64,000 bases of DNA, from positions 48,856,001 through 48,920,000 of the forward strand of contig NC_079171.1 of the NCBI RefSeq assembly GCF_947568905.1, in the 5' to 3' direction. A program made the translations under genes and the position numbers. Within the stretch, counting starts at the first letter, position 1. Every line of letters begins with the position of its first letter. Below are positions 22,901 through 34,900 of this stretch, one piece after another. Origin of the DNA: Ostrea edulis (lineage: Eukaryota). The notes beneath the pieces are model-generated. The model did not search any database and was not told where the DNA came from. It saw only the letters and a program-made list of their open reading frames with translations.

Positions 22901-25900
22901 AATTATTCGACATACACTGTCAGTGATTCCTTTACTGTATTAAATTCATTCAAACTGGAAATGAATTACAGTAGTCATGTCTGTTTCGCTATTCTTGCAC
23001 ATTCCATCTCTGTCCGTGATAGAAGACGTAAAAGGATGCCCCGTGTTAAGGATCACAATCCCCTTGGTATGCAAGGAATCAATTTCTAGATTTTTGAAAC
23101 AAAATGTATACTCACTGGGGCCGTCTTGAAAACTCGAAAACACTTACAGCCAAACACATTTTCCACCGTAAAATAGCGGAAATATTGCAAGACGGTGTTA
23201 AGCCATAATCAATCAATCTAAATGTCGTTAAAATGCAAATTCTAGGTCTCTATTCAAATACAGATATCAAACAGCCTATTCTTTCTTATATACATTTATA
23301 ACAACCGATTAAACAATTAAAAAGACTTCTCGTTAGGCAAGAATAAAACATATTCTCGGTCGTGGGAAGGGTGCATCTAGGCATGGCTGTTAATTTCAAA
23401 TACCCGAATTGTCTGACATATATTGTAGTAAAACGCATCTTTGAATCCGCATAGAATATACAAGTTATACACAGATCGGTGTTTGCTTTATCCCAACATT
23501 TGCGATAAACAAATTTGATGATAATAGCTTTATTAAAAAAAAACCACGTGATCAAACACACATAACAAGACATATTATTCATACATACAAAAGAAGAAAA
23601 AAAAACAACTACCGAGAACGGAGATGTATCAAGTTTCCCTGAAAATCAATAGCGTCTCCCTCGTCTTAATCCTAGCATATGTTACCACACCAGTGCCAAA
23701 TTTTCCCAAAATAATTTCAAGTTACTGTTTGTCATTACAAACAAATTATCATCGTGTTGATATCAAAACACTTTAAAATCCCCGACTCAGTAACGACGAA
23801 ACCGATTGGATCTTTCTTGGGCTAATCAAAGTATCATGGATACCATTGATGAAAATCCATCCAAGTTTTCACGTGTCGTAAGAAGTGCTACGGGCGGCCA
23901 AATGAACGGACATAATGTTTATTAAACGGTATCCACCATATGTCGGGATCCTTATGACGACATAATTTGACATCAAATATTGCTTCCTTTAGAGATAACC
24001 GCTGCGATGGTCTAGGGTAGAGCGTTCGCCCCGCAAGCGGAAGGTCAGGGTTTGAATCTAGGCCGCGACATAATTTAGTCGCTAAAACAGGTAGTGACAG
24101 TTCCATCGGCAAACGCTCAGAATCAGGTGTCAATTTCACGGATCCTCGGAGATGACCTTAAAAACGGATGTCCCGTGTCCTAGTATTTGTGACACGCTAA
24201 AGAACCCTCCCTGCTCAATGGCCATAAGAGTCGAACATAGGCCAAAATTTGAAACCTTTCGCCGGTATTTATGACGTCTTCACATGAGTGAACAATTCTC
24301 GAGAGGGACATTAAACAAGATACAATTAATACCTTAGAGGAAATATAACACTACATGCATCATCAATTCGGATCCAGCGCAAAATATACCTTAGTCTACC
24401 AAAGCACAACATATTTGAGATAAGAAAAGCATGACTTTAAATCCAACGTGTAATTGCTTTGTAAATATCATTACTTAAGTAGCGAATAAAATATTTCACA
24501 TATGTTATTAAAATACACTGATTTACATCATTTACTTTAAGCTTGTTAGGCCTTTCTTTGCATTATGAATGCATACTGACTACGAGTTTATCTGACCATG
24601 ATGCATAACTAAATGCGGGTGTGGCCTGTCATTAGGTAAAGCGTACAAACCCCTATATATAGGTCATTGTTCGTAATCTTCACTTGTTCGTTGAACAAAG
24701 TCATCATGTATAAACTATGTAGCACTAATTTCAAATTAGATGCTAGTCCACTTTATCTTTGTCAAACATTTCCTCAAGCGTGTTTTTATGCTTGATTCTT
24801 TTAGCATAAATTAGAATTCTGCAGCCCGACGTGACAAGTTGCCCTCGGATCATTATTTATAAGTCTGGTTTAAAAAGACATTTTGTTTCGTTGATTTCCA
24901 GTGTTATTGAAACACCTATATGGGACATTAGTGTAAACGTACCTACCTAGATGTATTGATTTTTCGTAACCAATTATGTATTTCAACTAATATTTTGTGT
25001 ACAGGAAACATAATAACGATTTTCTATAGTAAAGTTTACCAAGAAGTCATTTACAATTGTTTCTTATAATACCTTTATCAAAGATATATAGCGTAAACTG
25101 TGTACATATAATTTATCATCAATATATACAGATTGATTTTCCTACTTTTTAAAGATGGGATGCGTTTTCATTGAAATTCCGGAGAACCTTATTAAGACGG
25201 AATGGGAACCAGGTTTCTCAACAGATGTTTTGATAGTGTTTGCTAGCATTACTGATAGCTTGATAACACAACCAGAAACGGTAAGTAGACATATCTGTAT
25301 TTGGTAGTGACTGTAGTCAGGACATTATTAGTGCTGCGACTTAGTATTATATCAAAAATAATTCTTAGATCTATAGATTGTTATCAACATGTCATCAAGA
25401 GTTAGAGTTCTTGGACTATGATAAAGATCTAAATTTTGAAACAACTTCACACTTTAAAAATTCGAATTGTGTCATTTTAGGCTATATGGCTATATCCGAT
25501 TTCGATGTTATCCATTTTACTATTGTCATCCTTTACTAAAATGTTGACTTTGTTCGATTACTTTATGCACAGGTAATGTTAAAGAGAAATTCATTTTGTA
25601 CAGGTATTACAGATATTTTTGTAACCTTTAATCAAGGGCTAATATAGATATACAAATGTTCATTGCAGTGTCAATAGTACGTCAAACCGTTTCAAATTTT
25701 TATTTATATGCATATTCATAATATATGTATCCAAAATGAATAGATCAATACATGTACATGCAATTCAATAATTAAGAAAAATTAAGAATTGTCATTTCAA
25801 AGCTGGTAATAGTTATTTTCAATAAACATGATTTGGCTTGCGATTAAACCTGATAAAGGGATACCCGCATTGTTTCAGTATTATGGTGACTTATCATGAT

Positions 25901-28900
25901 GGTACTCCTAAAGTTACCCATTCCATACACATACATTAAAAAGGCATTGGAGACACATACCAAACTTGAAAAAAAGGATGTCAAGGAAGCCACTGTCACC
26001 TGATACGGGGACCTATAGTGGGGATTTCCGTGTCCTCACTCCCATATACTAGTACATATACACCACTACTCTAGCACTTCCTACCTTCTTTCGAAAATCG
26101 CATCACGTTGCTTAGAATTCTAACAAGTAATTAAGTTTAATTTTCCAACATTTCACCATTTTGAAACAGGTGAAATTCATATTAGTGTAAGGGTTATGCA
26201 TTCTTAAATCAGATCTCATAATTTGGCATTTTGTTTACTTCGAAACCCAATATTGACAAAAACTTCACACTGCACGATTTTTTGGTATCATCAACCGTAA
26301 CATTGTCGTTACTTGCGTATTCATTGATTAGATTGAAGATGAATAATCCCTTTTCACATAATTTCGCCTTCAGTGGGATGAAATCCATTCACAATGTCGA
26401 TGAAAGTAAATTTGCGGTTCGCACCAAAATAAAAGTATGCTCTGTCAGGTTGTGATGAACTGGTATTACGTCAGTAAACTTTTCACGCTTCTGAACTGTA
26501 GAACGCTCCACCTTTGTACAACTTTAAGATACTATGTCGAATTCTATGCCATATTCTTCTTCCATCTCGACCAACCGTAATGTTGGCCTACAAAGTTCGA
26601 AATAATGGTGATAATGGAATATTGCTACATAAATATGGGAAGTTGACAATGGAGAAGCTGAAATCATCCCGTTTGTCATAAAGTTGAGTTGTCAGTTTGC
26701 CGTTAATGTCTACTTTCAATAAAATATCTCATATTAATCTGATCCATTGACTGGGATATCAAATGTGTCTAAAACTGAAGCATGGTTTTGAAGAATGTCG
26801 TCTTTTGAAAGGGCAGTTAAAGTAAAAGTACGATTACCAAAAGTGGAAGTAATGCCAAGTTCAATGAAGGTGTTTGTGAAGTTTCGGAAACCAATATTGG
26901 TAACTCATATTCATTCCTACTGTTGGTATATAATGTGGATAAGTTTGGAGAATTTCATCACCTGAAAAGGGATTTGAAATTTGTATAAGGAGGATTCCCA
27001 AAAGTGGAATGTATGCCAAATTTGTTTGAAATAGAGTTGTAATAATGATTATATGAAAAAAGAATATTGCATGAAAATATGAATTTTGCTTTCTGTAACA
27101 TTTTACAGATGAAATGCACGTTATCAGTCTATCATGAGAAACTAGTATTTGATACAACTAAGACATACTTTGTCACAAACAAATGGGATACCCTTAATGG
27201 TGACGAGGATAATGTTCTACATGAAGAGGATAACATTAAACCTCTTTTCGAATCTTCGGTGAAAAATGTCTGGCCAGTACCAATCAAGAAAGACCACTTT
27301 TTTTGTATCAGTTTACGGCGGGTATGTTGCATATACTTTCTTTTAATTTATTTACAACGATTAATAATTACAAATGCACGCATATCTAAATGTTCTAAAT
27401 TAATATACTAATAACTGTTTTCAATAATAGACTTCCAGATTCAGCAAGGGGCTAGACATGTTGATAGAGGACGTTGAGAATACTGCAACAAAATACTTTC
27501 AGTAAATCATTATTCATCATTTAATCTTAAAGTGTTGTATATTCTAAATCGTTATACCTATTGCAAATTAACTGTATGTATGTTTCATTTGTTATATGAT
27601 CATGCTGTTTTTTTTTCGTGTTTTTCAGCTTTACAGCAGACGACGCGATCGAGAAAACCATATCGCTCACTCAACAATTATTGAAGCTTCTACAGATGGA
27701 GGAATTTCCAGGGCGTTTAAAAGATGAGCTTTCAAACTCTTCTCCAAAATTGTTGGAAAATCTCAAGACAAAAGGCGAGGAGCTGAAAACAATTGAATGG
27801 TTTATAGTTGTAGCAGGTAAAAAAAAATCCTTAAATGACTTCTGTTTCCCTTAATTGGTTATCATATTTCTGTATCGAGATATATATGTTGGAATCAATG
27901 TGGTTTTAAACAATGGTTTTATAGTATCTGAACAAAATCATCTATGTTAAACAGTTTCGATTAAAATGTAAAATGCATTTGTAGATCTGCTATTTTGTCA
28001 CTAATATTTACAATAATGATGAAGAAAACATTACTTTCGTTATTTCCTCTTTTTCATCTTTAGTTTGATTGGTGGTTAATTTAAAACTAAATCTATATTT
28101 CATTCAAACAGTTCTGAAATCATGTTCCTAGCAAAAAAGGTCCTTAAGTATCTTAGTGCTAAACTATAGAGAAAAAGCCATCAAAATATTCGAGTAATAT
28201 TGATTGCCGTTAAAATATTACAGTCAATCAAAGATAACAACCAACTCGTGATTGATAACCGTGACCTTTTTTCTTTACAAGTATACAAAGAATGATGTCG
28301 TGTTTTTGACTATGACATATTTTGAAGGGAAAAAAGTGAAATAAGATGAAAGGTGGAGATAAAGAACAGTGACCAATCTCATAATTCCCATAAGCAATAC
28401 AAAATAGATAGTTGGGCAATCATTTCTATAATAATAATAATATCCTTTATTTATACAGGATTGCACAATTTGTTGTATAAACTAGTTTACATTGTGGTCC
28501 TTTCTATTTCTGCTAGGAACTGCTAATTCTATATGCATCACATTTATTTGTAATAATAAAACGTTAACTGTTTTACCAGACATGAGGAAAGGACATATTT
28601 TTCTGACCTTAGTGTGATTTCGCTGTACGTTGTAATTAATACTTTTTGAGATATACACGATCTGTATTACTGCGTTTTATTTATACTCGTATACGGTCCT
28701 TATCGGTATCTAACTTCTGCTTTCTTTCAGGTGACACAAGCGCTGGAAAAACAACATTAATAAATCGATTAGTTGGGCATCATATTTTGGTTCCAAGAAC
28801 ACTTGCATCGACAGCAGCTGTGTGTAGAATTCGAAAATCAGAAAAAATGCAAATCAATCTCTACAACAAAGAAAACGAATTGCTGGAAAGAAAGGGCTTT

Positions 28901-31900
28901 AAGGATGTCTCATCATTGCATGATGCTCTTCGAAACTACACAGAACTGGATAAAAAGAAGAAAGTCAACGACAGAAACATACATTTTGTCGATATCAACC
29001 TGCCTTCGGAAACGTTGCAGGTAATTATTTTGCATGGTGACGAAAATATACTACTACTTACAGTACCTGTAATAAACTACTACTTTCATACTTATAAACC
29101 GCCGCATTGGTCTAGAGGTAGAGCGTTTGCCCCGCAAGCGGAAGGTCGGGATTCGAATCCCGGCCGCGACAGACCTAAGTCGTTAAAATAAGTAGTGACA
29201 GATCCATCGCCAAACGCTCGGCTGTCACGGGTCTTCAGATATGACCTTGTCAATGTAAACAAGGCTCAGTACTATTTTAGAATATGTGTATTAAAATGTT
29301 GGATTAACCAATTACATTTTTATTATAAAGCCAATACATAGTCTATTATAAAATCTGCGTAAATTCCAGAGAATGTTAGTGTTCAATATCCTGAGAATTT
29401 ATTGAACGCTAACTTTGCATTGCGTAAATTGTGTGTGCCCAAAACATTCCAAATATGAGCATTCAATATTGACCTTACCGTACATAACGATGTAAACAAG
29501 CCAAGATGGCAGACGACAGTCCTCCGAATCTGACAGAGCCGGTATTTGAAATCATATTCATTTACTTAAACAAAATGTTTTACTGTACATAAATTATGAT
29601 GTTCCCATTCACAAAATCAGTTTGCTTCATGCATTAATGACGGGTTTAATATTGAACAGTTAAGAAACACATGCTGATATTGCACACTTTAACCTTTGGT
29701 GTCAATATTGATGTATTCTCGTCTATTTTGGAGTATTTTGAGTGAAAAGGGATATAATTTAACAACTAAATACTCACAAGCTCGTGCATTTTCACAGCCA
29801 ACTTGCCAATATTCACCAATATAAGTTAAATAACCCTATAATATTGGCATTATTATTACATATTTATGATTATATCAGCGACAGGAACATTTCATTTGTA
29901 CACATTTATAGAAAAGAAGATTTCGTGTACAACTGTGCATCATAGCTGGCCTACTACATCTTTTTTGGCCCGGTTGCTGTCTGCATTTCAATGACTCGAA
30001 CTGGATTTGTTCATGAACTGATATTATTTAGAATGTAACTATCAGTACAGTTTACCATTGTGGTTCCAAAAACAATATCAAGTACATTAAGTTGTGATTC
30101 ATTTTCTTATATCACTGTACAATATTCGTTGCTATGTGCTATGACGATACGCCTGTGCTCAAACGTCAAAAAAAAAAAATGGCCAACGGCCAGATTGAAA
30201 CAGGCACAGTTACTTCTTTTAAAGATAATCTATCTCTAGTTTACTGATTTTTGTGGCCGATGCATGTGGCCACATGGGGTTTTCTCCTAAAAGGTAGAAA
30301 AAGGTAAGAAAATCGTCCATTTTCCGGATTCTGGATAGGTTTGCATAGTACTCAACATTACAAGAGACCTAGATCCGCCAATATGTTTGTATATATACAT
30401 ACTAAGGATCATCAACTTCGTATATATCAATGGTTTGTACTAATAATCATTAGTAAAGTATTTTCATGGCCTAGTTATGATAACAAACGTACCTAGTTCA
30501 TTGTGACGTTATCTACAGAAAATCATCACATTATTAAAAATATTTCATTAATACCATTCAACAAAACAGCTGAAAATGAAGTTTCCAGTCATATTATGTA
30601 CAGTTTCCACCCATCTACTTGCAGAACCGCACAGTACTTGTGGATACTCCTGGCATTGGACACGATCATATATTGGATGATGTTCTTTTGGATTACCTTC
30701 CCAATGCGTCGTCCTTCATTTTTCTGGTCGATGCAGCAAACGCAGGAGGAACACATGAGGACAGAGTAAGTATTTTCTAATTAGAACTATCGCCATTTTG
30801 CAAATACTCTGAGCGTTATAATGATCTTGTTTTAAAATGAAAGCTGTCGTGAAGTTAAGTGATAGCTGACATGTTTCATCCTAATTGTCAGGATGTTTGT
30901 GTTTTGTTTATCTTCACCTTTTCATATATCAGTTTAAGATTACGAATTTAAAGTTCTGTAATTCTGTAATTAAGTTATATGTATGCATGCCTTTAACATA
31001 ATTTTCATGTTTCTGTGACTGATCAATATATATGTAAACAAAATTGCAAGGGACAATAATTCATGTGCTAGTACTTTCTCTATTATATGTTAATCATACA
31101 ATGACATCTCTAATATTTACATTTATTGTAGAGTTTATATAGTGGTGAATTTTAACTAGCCATTTTAACAAGTTTTTATGTATTTTGATCATGTAGAACC
31201 AGGCTCTGGTTTATGATCCTTTCCTTTAAACGTCCTTTTCTTTCAACCTAGTTGATGAAAATTATGAGAGTCGTGGTGGAAAAACAAGAGAAAATGCCAT
31301 ATTTCAACTTAAAAGATGTACTGTTTTTGACAAACAAATGGGACAGCGTGGAAAGCGACAGCGACAGTTCTGAAGATGAAGCAGAGGGGGAAGGAGAAAA
31401 TAATCAGAAAACAAGGATGTATGATTTTATCATAGGGTCATTATCACGGGAATGGCCTGCTGTGTCGAAAGATACTGTTTTTCAAGTATGTTTGAAAAAG
31501 GTAGGTTTGTCATAAAAATTGAAAGTTTTCTGCATAATTCAACTGAAAATGTTAAAAATCTATTAGACGCGTTTTTTTGTTATAAATCTGACGGAAAATG
31601 TGGTAGACATATTTACTACTGTGAATCATGTTTGCATCATCTCTTCGATTTTTCCCAATAGAACCATAGTTTTCATTTTAGATCAAATAACAAAATAAAT
31701 GGTCATACACTATAATGTATCATAACAAGTTATTTCAAATAACTTGTAACTTTCCTACAAAGATCCAATGTTAGGTATCATAATCAATTATTAAAACAGT
31801 GATATCTCAATATTTGTAGGATGAAAGTGAATATAAGTCTGAGTTCAAGCGTTTCCAAAGAAAATTCATCGAAGTACTGGAGAAAAACAAGTCTGTTAGG

Positions 31901-34900
31901 ATGTGTGATGACTTCAGGTAGACACCTGTTTTTTAATGAGCTTGTCAATCTGTTGTTTCTTTAACTAACACATTTGTCAGTAAGTCAATATATAAGATGA
32001 TTTTGTATAATTTTTTAATTAATCGAAGTATCGCTAGGTTTTTATTTTATTTTTATTAGCATAACACGTTTTGTCAAAGTAGCAAAAAGTAAAACACTTG
32101 AAAAGTAAGATAACAAGCAGTCAGCAATCTCATAATTAACTTCTACGTAAAAAGAAAAATATATTTTGCCATGGCCTTCAATTCGACATTTAGATATATC
32201 GACGACGTGTTATTTATTAACAATAATAATTTTCATTCATATGTCGATTCCGTATATCCAAGTGAACTCTAAATAAAAGAAACCACAGAGTCGTTCACTT
32301 GTGCTTCATACTTAGATATTTTCTTGAAAGTAGATTTGAACGGCAAAGTGACAACTCAACTTTATGACAAACGGGATGATTTCAGCTTCTCCATCATCAA
32401 CTTCTCATATTTATGGAGCAATATTCCATTATCACCTGCATATGGTGTTTATAACTTTCAACTGATTCGATACACAAGAGGTTGTTCTGCGTATAGCAGT
32501 TTATAAATTGAGGCAGGCTACTGACAAATAAGTTGATGGCACATGGATTTCAACAGTCTCGTTTAAAGTCAGCATTTCGCAAATTTTAAACCAACGCGGT
32601 GGTCTAGAGATTAGAACGTTCGTCCCGCATGCGGAAGGCCGGGGTGCGTATCTCGGCCACAACAGACCAAAGTCGTTAAAACAGGTAGTGCCATTCCATC
32701 GCCAAACGCTGGACATTAGATGTAAATGTTATGAAAAGGACCTTAAAATGGATGTTCCATGTCACAGTAGGTTTGGAGCACTAAAGAACTCTCACTGCAC
32801 AATGGCGGTAAGCGCCGAGCACAGATCTAAATTTGAAGCCCTTCACCGGTCATAATGACGTCTCCATATGAGTGAAAAAAGAGGTGTTAAACAAAATACA
32901 GTCGGTCAATCAATCGCAATTTTATGGTCGTTACAACCTATCATTATGTCAAAGCTGTCTGACGTATTTCATACCGATTGTTAGACCGTTCTTGGCACTC
33001 TGATTTTGACTACGGATAACTCCGCAAGATTGAGGGTATTACCGGTCGACAGGGGATGCTTATTCCTCCTACATATCTGATATACTATCTGGTGTTTCCA
33101 GAGGTCCGTGTTTGCTAGAATATCTATTTTGTATTGCTTGTAGGAGTTATGAGATTGATCACTGTTCGTCATCTTCACCTCTCCTAAAGGAATACACAAT
33201 AAACATAGTGCGAATTGTTGTCTGTCCTTTAAATGTAGGCTTTTACATCTTGGTTGTGTATTTTTTATGCGATTTAGGCCTCTGCTGGTGGACTGTTAGT
33301 CCCCGAGGGTCTCTACAGCCCAGTAGCTAAGTACTTCGTTACTAGCTTGAAAATACGGATGTATATTTAATTGCTGTTATAAAATTTAGAAATTCATTTC
33401 AAAATTAAGGATTATCTCCCTCATGCATAGCTCTTATCCTTGGACGAATTTGGCTCCACTTTTTTGGCACGCTGTTTTTGGCTATATTTAGCTCTAAAAC
33501 TTCATTGATATTCCGGATTTCAAAGATTTCGGTTGAGCATCACTGAAGAGACATTATTTGTCGAAATGCGCATCTGGTGTATCAAAATTGGTACCGTATA
33601 AGTTTTAAATCCAAAGTGTTTCGTTTCGTTCCGTGCAAACCATTTACCGTTCCGTGCAGACCGTTCAGCGTTTCGTGGAAACCGTTCACCGTTCGGTGCA
33701 AATCGTTTCGTGCAAGAATCGTTCCATGCATGATTAAGCCATGCTCCAAGAATTGTGCCGATCGTTCCAACCATGCCCTTAGAAACGTATATACCGTGAA
33801 AATCATTTCGGCATGGGTGCACTGAACGAAACGAAACGCTTTGGAGGTGAAATAGCACGCTTCAGGGTGTGTAGCTGTTATGTCAGTGATCCTCAATAAA
33901 CTTGTAAGAACTAAAAAGACAGTGTCAATGACTGGAGTCAAATTCGTTTAAGGATCAGATATATGCATGAGGGAGATAATCCTTAATTTTCAAATTAATT
34001 TCAAATTTTTATCACATCAATTAAATATACATCCGTATTTTCAAGCTAGTATTTAAGTTAGCTATTTGGCTGCAGAGACCCTCGGGAACTAACAATCCAC
34101 CAGCAGAGGCCTTGACCTAGGGGTCGTAATGTAAAACTTATACGGTACCAATTTTGATGCAACAGATGCGCATTTCGACAAATAGTCTCTTCAGTGAAGC
34201 TCAAGCCAAAATATTGGAAATGCATAATATCATTAATCCCGATTCATTATATTTATTTCATTAGATTCGTCTGGGAAGCATTTACCAACATTGAAAGAGT
34301 AGTATGTGCAAGACTTGATATGCAGAGAAAAGGCGAGAAACAACCAGAGAGGAGAAACGTCTCTCCTGAATTCCAAACAAAGTTCTCAGAGGTACAGTGT
34401 ATAACCTCCGTAACTTTTATTTCGGTGGTAGAAGGGTATTCACATCACAACCGAGAGTCATGGGCTTCAATTCCAGTGGGCGTATCAATTCAAAGATATA
34501 GTTTTATAATATGCCTTCGTGAGCAATATGGTGGGTATATATTTTTGACTGGTTTGTCTGGTTGGCTGTCAGAAACTTGATCCATGGTGTGGCTTTTGAT
34601 CATTCCTTGCGACAAGATATTTGTGATCCCCAAACTCCGTGACCTTGAATTTTCACATACTTTTAAAAATTCCAACATATATATTACACGTATCTCCTGA
34701 ACTATTTAGGTAGGACTTTCAAATGTTGTGGCATCGACGTTTGACCTAGTTTTAAGAAAGAAAAGAACATTGGTAATATTCTCTCAACTGTTTAAGGTAG
34801 GGCTTTAATTTCATCCTAACATTGGAGTTTAACTCAAATTTCTTTTAAGCAACCCTGAATCTTTTTTGTTTTGTTTTACAAAAATAAATTCTTCTTTTTA

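Noticed and set aside
29098-29175. tRNA-like sequences (also 22140-22200, 23998-24070, 12170-12242)
   Set aside because: They have A/B boxes but no complete acceptor stem and run into SINE bodies; SINE heads, not tRNA genes.
33582-33941. 119-aa ORF with heptad repeats HGTVNGL
   Set aside because: It coincides with a TIR-bounded MITE and retrozyme sequence; the periodicity is a DNA repeat.
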